This document shows, piece after piece, positions 15,735 to 25,498 of a DNA stretch of 64,000 bases. Made by a program: the position numbers and the translations under genes. How positions within the stretch are numbered: the first letter of the stretch is position 1; the number at the start of each line of letters is the position of its first letter. This stretch comes from an uncultured Bacilli bacterium (GTDB taxonomy: Bacteria; Bacillota_I; Bacilli_A; RF39; UBA660): the NCBI GenBank assembly GCA_947629375.1, contig CANRDN010000008.1:1389-65388 (forward strand). The letters run 5' to 3'. The notes under the pieces are model-generated. The model was not told where the DNA came from. It saw only the letters and a program-made list of their open reading frames with translations, and ran no database searches.

Positions 15735-18700
15735 ATGGATAATAAGCAAATTTTAGAAGAAATCGATATTATAGTAAAAGCAAAAGTAGATGAAGCTAAA
15801 GATGATATAAAAAAAGTAACAAAAGAAATTAAAAATATGGTTAATTCTTATGTAACTGGTTTTAATGGATTAAATGGTTCTAGTAATTTAGACGGATTAA
15901 AAGAAAAGTTAGAGAAAGTAAATAAGTATGCTAAAACTCTTACAGAAGAATTTCAAAAGATTAGTAATAGTGATGGGATTGATAATTTATCAAAAAAATT
16001 AAATAAATCTAAAAAAGATATTAAAGAAACTGGCGATGAAATAAGAAAAATACAAATGAACATAGACGGCTTAGAGTTTTCTTATAATTATAACGATCTT
16101 GAAGATTTTGAAAATGAGTATAATAAAGCATTTGAAGGATATAGAAAACAAATGAAGGAATTAGCTAAAGAATGGAACAAAGGAGCATCATTAAAAAAGC
16201 CTAGTCCATCTTCAAGTGATAGTGGATATGATTCACAAGAGACAAATGTTGATAAAAAGACAGATAACGATGTTATAGAACATAAACACGAAATCCTTCT
16301 TGATACATCAGAAGCTGATAAAAAAGCTGAAGAGTTTAAATATAATTTAGAGAATTTCGATGCTTTAACTTTAAAAGATGAAATTAAAACAATTGGGATG
16401 CAGATTGAGGCACTATCACCTACAATCGCTCATATTTCTAACAAGATAAAAAATGGATTAAGTGGTGCAATCAGTGAAATAAAAACAAAAGCAGAATCAA
16501 TTAAATCTTCATTTGGAAAAGTAACACCAGTTTTCAGTAAGATAGGTGAAAAAGCATCAAAACTATTTTCACCATTAAAAGACAACATTTCAAAAGTTTC
16601 AACAGATATAAAAACAAAGTTTGGACAAGTTTCATCAATTTTCCGAAACATTAAAGATGTTGGGAAAAATGCTTTTGTTCAGTTAGGCGCTAATATAAAA
16701 GAACAACTAAATACAGCAGGAACGCCATTAAATAAATTGAAAAACAGTTTTTCTACTATAAAGAATGTTGTAAGTAAACCGGTAAGTGCTATTAAAACTT
16801 TAGTTAATAAAATTAAAGGTGTTGGAAGTGAATCAGATAAAGCTAAATCTAAAACAACTAGTCTAGGTTCAAGTTTAACAAATATAGGTTTAAGTTTAAC
16901 AAAAGAATTTAGTAAAGGATTTAGTAGTGTTAGTAAGAGCATCTCTTCTGGAATAGGATCAATTAAAAAATTTGCATTATCTCTTTTAAGTGTAAGAAAT
17001 GCTTTTAATATGATTGGTAGAGCCGCACAATCTTATTTAAGTTTTGATTCTCAGTTGCAAGGTTCTATTCAAAATTCTTGGAATGTTTTAGGCAGTTTGT
17101 TGGCTCCAGTTTTAGAGTATGTAGCTGGTTTATTTAGCCAGTTAGTTAGCATAGTAGCAAACTTTATAAAAATGTTAACTGGCATTGATTTAGTAGCAAA
17201 GGCTAATGCAAAAGCACTTGATAAACAAGCAGAATCAACAAAAAAAACATCACAATCTGCAAAACAACTTAGTGGTATTGATGATATAGATAATCTTTCA
17301 AGTGGTAACACTAGCGATTCTGGTGGAGGAGAGGCAACAACATTAACTGTTGAAGATATTGATATTGGTCCATTAAATAAATTCTTTGAAGAAGCAAAAC
17401 AAATCTTTTCTAAAATCTTTGATCCATTCATTGAAGCTTGGCAAAGTGTTGGAACAGAATTTACTAATAGTTTTGTTAGTATGATATCTAATGTTGCTGA
17501 TTTGGGTAAAAATATTTTTGGAAGCATTTTTGAAGTATGGACAAATGGAACAGGCACAAAACTTATTCAGAATAGTTTGAAAATGTTCAATAATCTATTT
17601 AAACTTATTGGAAATATATCAAAAGCATTAACTCAAGCTTGGAGTGAGGACAATTTAGGAACCGAAGCTATTCAAACAATAGCCGATGCTTTTGCAAGCA
17701 TTCAAGAAGTAATAATCGTTGTTGGTGAAAGTTTAAATGAAATTGCAGGTAATGGAACTTTTGCAGAAACATTTACACTTTTACTCGGTATTTTACAAAA
17801 TGTCTCTTCAGTAATAGATCAAATTGCACAAGGTTTAAGTAATGCTTGGACAAGCTCAGAAAATGGACAAAAAATCTTTCAAGCAATCTCTAATATATTC
17901 AATGATATTTTGAAGTTTACAAAGAGTATTTCTGAAAGCCTTTTAAAGTGGGTTATGAGTGAAGAGTTCCAGGTTGCATTAGAAAATGTGTTTAATTTCT
18001 TTAAAGATATTTTTGAAATTGCCGAAGATATTGCAAAATGGGTATTAGAAATGTACGACAAATACTTAAAACCAGTACTTGAAGACAAAATAATTCCAGC
18101 AATTAATAATATCATTGATGCAATTTCTGATATATGGAAGGTTGTTGAACCTGTAGTTAAAAGTGTAATAAATATAATACAAAGTATTTTAGAACCTGTT
18201 ATTGATGGATTATCTTCAATTATAGGTGGAATTGCTACTGTAATAGGTGGAATTGCAAAGTTTGTTAGTGGGGTATTTAGTGGTGATTGGAAAAAAGCCT
18301 GGGAAGGAATCAGCGATATTTTCTCTGGAATATGGGATGCTATTTGGGCTTTCTTAAAAGGAATAATAAATGCAATGATAGCAGGATTTGAAAGTTTAGT
18401 TAACCTAGCTCTTGATGCGTTGAAGTTCTTACTAGACCCACTTGCAGACATAGGGAATACTATTTTGGATTTGATAGGAGTTGACTTTACAATACCAAAA
18501 CTTAAAAAGGTAAAATTGCCAAGATTGCAATATGGTCAAGTTGCTTATGAAGAACAAACAGCAGTCATAGGTGAATATGCAAACGCTAGAAATAATCCAG
18601 AAATAGTTTCACCAGTTTCAATGATGAAAGATTCGTTTAGAGATGTTCTTAATGAATTTGATTTTAGTGGAACAAGATTTGAAAAGTTGATTGTAAATGT

Positions 18701-18788
18701 AGCAGGAGATAATTTTTATGACGATGCAATCGACTATATAAATGATAAAAGTGAGCGTATGGGAGTTAGCGTAATAAAGGAAGTGTAA
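15735..18788 (+). CDS. tail tape measure protein
   Basis: 1017 aa, helical and low-complexity, with a glycine-zipper-like hydrophobic segment (SSIIGGIATVIGGIAKFVSGVFSG). Canonical position for a tape measure. Confidence 0.9.
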   Translation: MDNKQILEEIDIIVKAKVDEAKDDIKKVTKEIKNMVNSYVTGFNGLNGSSNLDGLKEKLEKVNKYAKTLTEEFQKISNSDGIDNLSKKLNKSKKDIKETGDEIRKIQMNIDGLEFSYNYNDLEDFENEYNKAFEGYRKQMKELAKEWNKGASLKKPSPSSSDSGYDSQETNVDKKTDNDVIEHKHEILLDTSEADKKAEEFKYNLENFDALTLKDEIKTIGMQIEALSPTIAHISNKIKNGLSGAISEIKTKAESIKSSFGKVTPVFSKIGEKASKLFSPLKDNISKVSTDIKTKFGQVSSIFRNIKDVGKNAFVQLGANIKEQLNTAGTPLNKLKNSFSTIKNVVSKPVSAIKTLVNKIKGVGSESDKAKSKTTSLGSSLTNIGLSLTKEFSKGFSSVSKSISSGIGSIKKFALSLLSVRNAFNMIGRAAQSYLSFDSQLQGSIQNSWNVLGSLLAPVLEYVAGLFSQLVSIVANFIKMLTGIDLVAKANAKALDKQAESTKKTSQSAKQLSGIDDIDNLSSGNTSDSGGGEATTLTVEDIDIGPLNKFFEEAKQIFSKIFDPFIEAWQSVGTEFTNSFVSMISNVADLGKNIFGSIFEVWTNGTGTKLIQNSLKMFNNLFKLIGNISKALTQAWSEDNLGTEAIQTIADAFASIQEVIIVVGESLNEIAGNGTFAETFTLLLGILQNVSSVIDQIAQGLSNAWTSSENGQKIFQAISNIFNDILKFTKSISESLLKWVMSEEFQVALENVFNFFKDIFEIAEDIAKWVLEMYDKYLKPVLEDKIIPAINNIIDAISDIWKVVEPVVKSVINIIQSILEPVIDGLSSIIGGIATVIGGIAKFVSGVFSGDWKKAWEGISDIFSGIWDAIWAFLKGIINAMIAGFESLVNLALDALKFLLDPLADIGNTILDLIGVDFTIPKLKKVKLPRLQYGQVAYEEQTAVIGEYANARNNPEIVSPVSMMKDSFRDVLNEFDFSGTRFEKLIVNVAGDNFYDDAIDYINDKSERMGVSVIKEV

Positions 18789-18792
18789 TTAA

Positions 18793-19179
18793 ATGGTTTG
18801 GAAATATAATGGGGAGATTAAGAAATCTCCCTCTTCTTTTAAAATAAATATAGATGATATTGATTTAGATAGTTATCGTTCTGTTGTTGATGCAGCTTTA
18901 ATTGATAAGACATTAGCAAAAGGAATGATTAAAGTTAGTTTTAGTTGGGATTATTTAACTGAAAAAGAAGCAGAGGAACTTATGGATTTGACTTGGAATA
19001 ATCCAATGCCTTTGGAAATAAAATGTCCGATTCTAGGTGGCAAAACGCTAATAGCTAATTTTAGATGTTCTAAAAGAAGTTGTGATTTAATTTCAACAGA
19101 TGAAGAAGTTAAATCGGAAGAATCGAGATGGAAAGTATCGTTCAGTTGTTCTCAAAAACAGAAAGTTGATGGTCAATAG
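18793..19179 (+). CDS. tail component (small distal-tail-like protein)
   Basis: 128 aa directly after the tape measure. Shorter than a typical Dit protein. Confidence 0.4.
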   Translation: MVWKYNGEIKKSPSSFKINIDDIDLDSYRSVVDAALIDKTLAKGMIKVSFSWDYLTEKEAEELMDLTWNNPMPLEIKCPILGGKTLIANFRCSKRSCDLISTDEEVKSEESRWKVSFSCSQKQKVDGQ

Positions 19180-19181
19180 AA

Positions 19182-20726
19182 ATGGCATATAGTACTAGTA
19201 CTCAGTATAAAGAAAATATTTATAGTGAGGATTCTAAACAAACTTTAGATGTAAGAATAGATAATACTGACATCGAATCTAAATATATTAAATCAATATC
19301 TCAAAAAGACGCAATATTTGAATCTAATAATTTTTCGTTAGGAAGCACAATAAAAAATCAATATGTAATCACAATAGATAATGAAGCTTTAAAAAATGTT
19401 AAAGATTATAATAATATTGTTTTAAATTTTAATTTAATAATTGATAAAGTAGAAGAAAGCGTTCCGTTGGGCGCTTTTCTTATGGATAAAAAAGAAGATG
19501 GTTCTAATAATTCAACTAAGTTAACAATTGTTGATTATATGAAAAAGTTAGAAAACGTCTTTTTTGATTTTAGTGAATTGTTACCGTGTACAAGATATGA
19601 CCTTTTAAAAGCAATTTGTGAATACTGTGGATTAGAACTTGAAAACGAAAGTATTGTAAACGGAGATGTAATAGTCGATGTTTACGACAATACTATTGAT
19701 TGTAAAAAATATGTATCATTTATAGCAGAAAGAAGCGCAGGATATGCAAAAACTAATAGATACAATAAGCTTGTAATAAGAAGTTTTAAAGATGTCGATG
19801 TTGTTGAGTTACCAACTGGCAAAGTTGGTGATTATAAATACAATGAATTGAAGACGATAACTGGAATAATATATGAAAATGCAACGCAAAAATTCGAGAG
19901 TGGAAATAATGCTGGAGAAGTGATTTTTCTTGCACAAGATTCTCCATTTACTTGTTCACAGGAAGAAGTTGACAACATTTATAATGCTTTAAATGGACTA
20001 AGCTTTCAGGGATTAGAAGTTAAGATTTGGGGAGACCCTGCAATTGACACTGGAGATATTATTGTTGCAAATGGTATTAGAAGTTTTGCGCAAAAAGAGT
20101 GGAATTTTGGAAATGGATTTTATGGTTCCTATAAGACATCACTGGAAAAAGTGGTAACAAAATCAAATGTTGAACGAATATCTTCTAAGGAGAAAATTAA
20201 AAAGATACTAGCTCAACTAGACGAAGTTTCATTATCCATAAGGCAAATGGTAGAGAGAATAGATGAAACTAATTCACAAATGGCTGAAGTATTAATTAAC
20301 CTGGATGGTATTGAGCAGACTGTAACAAGTACGGTAGAAGATGTAACGGAACTAACTACTACTGTAAAAGAAACAATAACATCAAATGCAGAAAAGATTG
20401 AAGCCATAGAAAAAAAGGTTGAAAACGGCGTAGAAACACTTAAAAACTCTTTAGTCACTATCGACATAAATGGTATCAATGTTTCTACGAATGTATCAAA
20501 GATATCTACATTAATAACAAATGATACCTTTGCCATTGTCAACGATCAAGGTGCTTACTTGGCATTCTTTGGTTATAACGAAGCAGAAAAACGAAGTATT
20601 TCACAAATGGATAATTTAACGATAACTAATTTCCTTACAGCTGGTGCTCATAGACAAGAGAAATTTGTCGACCCAGATACTGGGGAAGTACGAACTGGCT
20701 GGGCGTACACGGAGGTGGATTTATGA
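19182..20726 (+). CDS. tail-associated protein (Tal / baseplate hub-like)
   Basis: 514 aa in the Tal position, with a C-terminal coiled coil (KKILAQLDEVSLSIRQMVERIDETNSQMAEV...). Confidence 0.55.
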   Translation: MAYSTSTQYKENIYSEDSKQTLDVRIDNTDIESKYIKSISQKDAIFESNNFSLGSTIKNQYVITIDNEALKNVKDYNNIVLNFNLIIDKVEESVPLGAFLMDKKEDGSNNSTKLTIVDYMKKLENVFFDFSELLPCTRYDLLKAICEYCGLELENESIVNGDVIVDVYDNTIDCKKYVSFIAERSAGYAKTNRYNKLVIRSFKDVDVVELPTGKVGDYKYNELKTITGIIYENATQKFESGNNAGEVIFLAQDSPFTCSQEEVDNIYNALNGLSFQGLEVKIWGDPAIDTGDIIVANGIRSFAQKEWNFGNGFYGSYKTSLEKVVTKSNVERISSKEKIKKILAQLDEVSLSIRQMVERIDETNSQMAEVLINLDGIEQTVTSTVEDVTELTTTVKETITSNAEKIEAIEKKVENGVETLKNSLVTIDINGINVSTNVSKISTLITNDTFAIVNDQGAYLAFFGYNEAEKRSISQMDNLTITNFLTAGAHRQEKFVDPDTGEVRTGWAYTEVDL

Positions 20727-22537
20727 CAACAAAGACTATTTCTGTTAAGTCGCCTCAGAGGAACTATGACTTTTATATTACTGTAAAAGTTGGTGACTAT
20801 GATGCTAACTTAAAGGGAGTTCCTTGTACAGCAGATTTATACATTCGCAATAACGGGGCAAGATTTAGTTCAGGTGGTTGGACAGTTTCTATAACAGCAG
20901 ACGAAGAAGAACATAAAGATACTGATGTATCATTAAATTCAACTGGTGTTGCTATGAGTGGTGGACAATATAACATTAAAACAATTAGTTTCATTGTTTC
21001 ACCAAGTAAAACATCTTTCAATGTCTCTGCATATATTTCTAAATCATCTTATACTACTTATGACCCTGGCTACTGTCATTTAAGTGGTTCTATAAAAATG
21101 CCACAAATTCAATCTTTGTGGGCTGTGGGTGTACTTGCCGTTGAAAATGTCGAAGGTAAATTTAATCTTCCAATAAACAAATTTGTTGATAATTATACTA
21201 ATAAGGTTACTATTTCTAATTTAGCAAATGACTTTATCGTTAAAACAATTGAAGATGTAGAAAATGGACAAGAGGTTCAATTCACACAAGACGAATTAGA
21301 AAAGATATATATATTAGATAACAATGAAAATTCCAAAATATTAAACTTTTATCTAAATTTGTACACATATAGCGAGGACGGAACTGAAATAGGTATAGTT
21401 CAAAGATTGTTAGCAAACGCATCTTTATCAAATGCTAATCCAACGCTACAATTTGATGTGGTAGAAGAAAATGCTAAAGTTATTGAGTTGTTTGGTGGCA
21501 ATCAAAACGATAGTATAGTTCAAAATGTAAGTAGTTTAAAATTTACGATAACAGCTGAAGCTTTTAAAGGTGCTCTCGTTGACAGTGTTAAAGTTAACGA
21601 TAACAAAGTCACTCCTGATGACCATAATAATTATGTGATTCAATTAGATAAGGTACAAACAGATTTATTTAAGATTGCAGTAACTGACACAAGAGGATAC
21701 ACAGCAAATGCTGAAGTTAAGAAGACTTTATTGCCTTATGAACCAATAAAAATTAAATCGTTCGAGTTTAAAAGAGTTTCACAAATCTCAAGTGAGATTT
21801 TATTAACTGCTGATATTATCTGCACATCAAAAAGTTACAACGGAATAAACAACATTCCAGAAGTATACTTCAAAGTTGGAAAAGATGGTTCATATATTGA
21901 GATTCCAAATGGATTCACCTTTGAAAATAATGCGATTAAATTTGACAAGTACAAATTGTCACAAGAGCTAGAATATAACCAAGAAGCAAATGTATATTTA
22001 TTGATTAAAGATTTATTCACTACAGCAGAAGATTCTAAAGTTGTTGGTCGAGGAGTTCATACTTTCGAAGCAGGAAAAGAAGACTTTCAAGTAAACGGGC
22101 ATTTAGTTGTTGCTGATACGCAGAGACAAAACAAAGTCGATGTTCTTGAATATATTAAAGATGCAATCAAAAATATTATTGATATTGAAGAGATGGGTGA
22201 AAATGGAAATGGTGCGTACATTAAATTTAAAAATGGCTACGCAATGGCATTTAAAAATATTTCTGGTAAAGTCAATATTACTGAAGCTTGGGGTAATGGA
22301 TATACTACAGGTTCAAATGCTACTGTTAATTTGGGAAGTTTTCCAATTGAATTTACTGAGATTATAAGTCACGATGTAACAGTTGCAAGAGAAGGTTACA
22401 ATTGTTGGCTTGGTGCTTGCCAAAGTACGAATTTAAAACACGCAGGATATGTATCGTTATTGAGATTTACATCTGCATCAAATGTCGCATATCATTTGCA
22501 TACAGTAACCTATGGAAAATGGAAGGCTGTTGAATAA
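20723..22537 (+). CDS. receptor-binding / tail fibre protein
   Basis: 604 aa, beta-rich, last structural gene before the lysis cassette. Confidence 0.5.
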   Translation: MTTKTISVKSPQRNYDFYITVKVGDYDANLKGVPCTADLYIRNNGARFSSGGWTVSITADEEEHKDTDVSLNSTGVAMSGGQYNIKTISFIVSPSKTSFNVSAYISKSSYTTYDPGYCHLSGSIKMPQIQSLWAVGVLAVENVEGKFNLPINKFVDNYTNKVTISNLANDFIVKTIEDVENGQEVQFTQDELEKIYILDNNENSKILNFYLNLYTYSEDGTEIGIVQRLLANASLSNANPTLQFDVVEENAKVIELFGGNQNDSIVQNVSSLKFTITAEAFKGALVDSVKVNDNKVTPDDHNNYVIQLDKVQTDLFKIAVTDTRGYTANAEVKKTLLPYEPIKIKSFEFKRVSQISSEILLTADIICTSKSYNGINNIPEVYFKVGKDGSYIEIPNGFTFENNAIKFDKYKLSQELEYNQEANVYLLIKDLFTTAEDSKVVGRGVHTFEAGKEDFQVNGHLVVADTQRQNKVDVLEYIKDAIKNIIDIEEMGENGNGAYIKFKNGYAMAFKNISGKVNITEAWGNGYTTGSNATVNLGSFPIEFTEIISHDVTVAREGYNCWLGACQSTNLKHAGYVSLLRFTSASNVAYHLHTVTYGKWKAVE

Positions 22538-22604
22538 ATATGAAAAGATAATATGAACTAGAAAGAGAATTAATAATTGCTAAAGCTAATAAGGAACATT
22601 TAAG

Positions 22605-22952
22605 ATGTTTTTTAATTTGGCTAAAAATAAAAATTTTAAAAAGGAAGTGGTATTTTTGACAATAACCTGGGAACTAGTTTTAGGTGTTGCAGGGGGAATA
22701 ATTACAATTGCCGAGGCGTTTAAAATAATTAAAAATTTAGGCAGTCCTGCAAAAAATTTGAAACAAAAAGTAGAGAAGCACGATGCTCTTCTTGATAACG
22801 ATAATAAAAGGTTGCTTTCAATTGAGCAAACGAATCGTATGATGTGTAAATCTATGATAGCTTTACTCGACCACGAAGTGACTGGAAATGGCATTGAAAA
22901 ATTGAAGAAATTAAAGACAGAGATGCAAGATTTCTTAATTGATAAAAGTTAA
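22605..22952 (+). CDS. membrane-anchored coiled-coil protein of the lysis cassette
   Basis: One N-terminal TM segment (WELVLGVAGGIITIAEAF) followed by a coiled coil. The start is uncertain; TTG near 22654 follows an AAGGAAGTGG RBS. Confidence 0.4.
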   Translation: MFFNLAKNKNFKKEVVFLTITWELVLGVAGGIITIAEAFKIIKNLGSPAKNLKQKVEKHDALLDNDNKRLLSIEQTNRMMCKSMIALLDHEVTGNGIEKLKKLKTEMQDFLIDKS

Positions 22953-22971
22953 ATGAAAGGTGGCGATAGAA

Positions 22972-23217
22972 ATGACAGTCGAAGTTATCATAGCAGTAGT
23001 TACAGCAGTAATAACTGGAGTATTAGGAGTTTTCTTTAAAGATAATATAGTGCCTTCAAGATTTATTCCTATACAAAACCTAATAATAGGTGTTATTGCA
23101 ACTATAATAACTATCTGCACAGGATTGGTAAGTGATCTATTAATTGCTGGATTAATTTGTTTTGGTGCATCGTTTGGAGTTGGTGGATTATATGACTTAG
23201 TTCACACAAAAAAATAA
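22972..23217 (+). CDS. holin
   Basis: 81 aa with three hydrophobic segments and a charged C-terminus (HTKK). ATG 22972 follows a GAAAGGTGG RBS. It lies directly upstream of the endolysin. Confidence 0.65.
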   Translation: MTVEVIIAVVTAVITGVLGVFFKDNIVPSRFIPIQNLIIGVIATIITICTGLVSDLLIAGLICFGASFGVGGLYDLVHTKK

Positions 23218-23239
23218 AAAAGAAAGAAGGTAAATAAAA

Positions 23240-24172
23240 ATGGAAAAGCTTTTTGGAATAGATATAAGTTATTATGAAAAAGGTATAGATTTATCTAAAG
23301 CAAAAAATGAGGGTATTAAGTTTATTATTTTGCGTGGTGGTGTTACTGGTTACGGAACTGGAACATCAAAAAGCAAAGATACTCAATTTGAGACTTTTTA
23401 TAAGCAGTGTAAAAACTTAAATATTCCAGTTGGGGCATATTGGTATAGTTGCGCTAACACTTATGAAAAAGGTAAAGCAGAAGCAGAATTTATGTACAAT
23501 AATTGCTTAAAAGGAAAACAGTTTGAATATCCAATATATATAGATGTAGAAGATACTCACTGGCAACAACCATCAGGAAAAACGGCTATAACAAATGCTA
23601 TTAAAGGTTTTTGTGAATATTTAGAAAGCAAAGGTTACTATGTTGGAATCTATGCTAATTCAAATTGGTTTAAGAACTATATTGACACAAAACAAACAAG
23701 TAAATATGATAATTGGATAGCAAATTGGGGTAAAACAAAACCAAGTACACCAGTTTGTGGCTTATGGCAATTCGGTGGTGAAACAAACAAATTAAGAAGT
23801 ACTAAAATAGCAGATTACACAGTTGACCAAGACTATGCTTATATTGATTATCCAAAAATAATGAAAGAAAAAGGGTTAAATGGTTTTAGTAAAATAGAAG
23901 TAAAAGAAGATAAAGAAGATACTAAACAAAGCACTGAAACAACAACTAACAATAATACTAACAACACTAATAGTTCTTTAAATGTAGGTGATAAAGTTAA
24001 AATAATTGGAACAGGTAATGGTGCAAGTGATGGATCTTCTAATACAGCTTATAGTATTGGTTGGACTAGAGAAATATTAAAAATTTATGCTGGAAGAAAA
24101 TTTCCATACCAAGTTGGAAACTCTACAGGTACAACAGGATTTTATAAAGCTAGTGCTTTACAAAAAATGTAA
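23240..24172 (+). CDS. endolysin: GH25 muramidase with C-terminal SH3-like wall-binding domain
   Basis: FGIDISYYEKGIDLSKAKNEGIKFIILRGG and YIDVED are GH25 signatures. A Thr/Asn linker leads to a ~70-aa C-terminal domain. Confidence 0.9.
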   Translation: MEKLFGIDISYYEKGIDLSKAKNEGIKFIILRGGVTGYGTGTSKSKDTQFETFYKQCKNLNIPVGAYWYSCANTYEKGKAEAEFMYNNCLKGKQFEYPIYIDVEDTHWQQPSGKTAITNAIKGFCEYLESKGYYVGIYANSNWFKNYIDTKQTSKYDNWIANWGKTKPSTPVCGLWQFGGETNKLRSTKIADYTVDQDYAYIDYPKIMKEKGLNGFSKIEVKEDKEDTKQSTETTTNNNTNNTNSSLNVGDKVKIIGTGNGASDGSSNTAYSIGWTREILKIYAGRKFPYQVGNSTGTTGFYKASALQKM

Positions 24173-24177
24173 TTAAA

Positions 24178-24211
24178 AAGGTAAGGACAATTATGTCCCT
24201 ACCTCTTTTTT
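24178..24211. terminator. bidirectional terminator between the endolysin and the convergent moron
   Basis: GGTAAGGACA-ATTA-TGTCCCTACC hairpin (9 of 10 bp) followed by a T9 run. Confidence 0.55.
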
Positions 24212-24705
24212 TTTGCTCTAATTTTCTCTAGTTTATATATATAGTCCTGTCCGTATCTTTTTATAAATTCTTCTAGTGTGTGTGTTTCTAAATATTCTTT
24301 TTGAAATTTAACTTTGTAAGTAAGATTCATTAAAGTATCTTTATGAAATAGTTTATGACAAAAAATACACATTGGAGCTACCATACCATCTTCTATTGAT
24401 AAACCTCTATAAGCCCCACTAAATATCTCATTTTTTTCAACTCTAGTGTATATATTTAATCTTATATCAAAATCACCCGTTTTTAAGCCACATTCACAAC
24501 ATTTAGTTAGATTAGGATAAATTATACTAAATCTTTCTTTTTCTTTTTTATCAAGCTTGTTTGAACGTGATTTTAAGGGTTTATATCGTTTATATTCTTT
24601 ATTATTACAATTACAGGAAAAAATTGGTACTTCTTTCCGGTATAAAGTACAATACCCGAACTTTTTTCCTTTTTTTGTTCTTGTTCTATAATTTTTACAA
24701 TTCAT
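24199..24705 (-). CDS. Cys-rich zinc-ribbon/HNH-like phage protein (moron at the prophage end)
   Basis: 168 aa, the only minus-strand gene in the prophage part, with an AGGAGTGTGAAATT RBS. The Cys pairs CCECG....EIFSG.YRG.S...G...PMCIFCHKLFH suggest a zinc-binding HNH/NinG-like fold. The family was not identified. Confidence 0.5.
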   Translation of the reverse strand: MNCKNYRTRTKKGKKFGYCTLYRKEVPIFSCNCNNKEYKRYKPLKSRSNKLDKKEKERFSIIYPNLTKCCECGLKTGDFDIRLNIYTRVEKNEIFSGAYRGLSIEDGMVAPMCIFCHKLFHKDTLMNLTYKVKFQKEYLETHTLEEFIKRYGQDYIYKLEKIRAKKKR

Positions 24706-24742
24706 AATTTCACACTCCTATAAGTGTGTGAATACTAAATAA

Positions 24743-25498
24743 CTAGAACGGAATGGAGCAGGAAAAACTACAACAATAAAAGCTATATTGGATATAATTA
24801 AATCTTATAGTGGTGAAATTAAAATCTTTGGATTAGATAACAAAAAAGCTGATGAAGAAATTAAAGAAAATGTTGGCGTTGTATTAGATGATATGTTTTT
24901 CCCTGAAATTCTTACCCCAAATGATATAAACATTACAATGCAAGGTATTTATAAAAATTGGGATTCTAAAATGTTTAATGACTATTTAAAAGAATTTTCT
25001 ATACTACCTAATAAACAAATTAAAACTTTTTCTAAAGGAATGAGAAAAAAACTAGAAATTGCAACCGCACTTTCTCATCATCCTAAACTTTTAATAATGG
25101 ATGAGCCAACTTCAGGACTTGATCCGGTTGCAAGAGCAGAAATAATCCAAATATTTCAAACATTTATTGAAAAAGATGACTGTTCAATTTTACTTTCTAG
25201 TCATATTACTGCTGATTTAGAGCATATTGCCGATTATATAACTTTTATAAATAATGGAGAAATTGTCTTATCTAAAACTACTAATGAATTATTAGATAAA
25301 TATGGAATAGTAAAATGTACGGAAAAAGAATTCAAAAAAATTAATAAAAAAGATTATATAAAATATAAGAAATCAAAATATGAGTATGAGGTATTGGTTC
25401 CTAATAAAAAAGAATTTAAAGCTAAATATAATATTTCTGTAATCGATAAAATAACTTTGGATGATCTTATGGTATTAATGATTAAGGGGGAAGAATAA
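24743..25498 (+). pseudogene. ABC transporter ATP-binding protein, 5'-truncated by the prophage insertion
   Basis: Own translation after the stop at 24740-42 is LERNGAGKTTTIKAILDIIKSYSGEIKIFG... (Walker A at the very start), with later LSGGM-like FSKGMRKKLEI and Walker B LLIMDEPTSGLD. The usual ~35 N-terminal residues and any start codon or RBS are missing. Confidence 0.8.

Larger units (their letters stand above)
1..24745 (+). mobile_element. prophage, right-hand part (siphovirus-type; left end and integrase are outside the window)
   Basis: Contiguous packaging, head, tail and lysis modules. The right boundary is placed where an ABC ATPase reading frame begins abruptly at its Walker A motif (about 24743). 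Confidence 0.85.

Noticed and set aside
17069-18451. Long antisense ORFs (17069..17557 and 17879..18451, minus strand) inside the tape measure gene, and similar minus-strand ORFs at 3402..3722, 7243..7647, 8959..9294, 20213..20542, 32918..33250, 48605..48937 and 54760..55143
   Set aside because: All lie antisense to genes with strong family signatures. They lack an RBS and have low-complexity Ser/Leu/Phe/Ile-rich translations typical of the reverse complement of AT-rich coding DNA.
22107-22367. 86-aa alternative-frame + strand ORF within the tail fibre gene
   Set aside because: It is embedded in a longer, syntenically supported ORF, has no RBS, and gives a Leu/Lys/Met-rich nonsense-like sequence.
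20723-22537. DGR target in the phage receptor-binding protein, the usual home of phage DGRs
   Set aside because: The composition is uniformly AT-rich to the stop codon. There is no adenine-depleted or NNC-rich C-terminal segment, no repeat of it nearby, and no RT gene in the prophage part that is visible.
24788-25498. Intact 236-aa ABC ATPase starting at the TTG given in the ORF track
   Set aside because: That start would lie after the Walker A loop, which is encoded in-frame upstream at 24749-24775. There is no RBS. The gene is better explained as 5'-truncated by the prophage.
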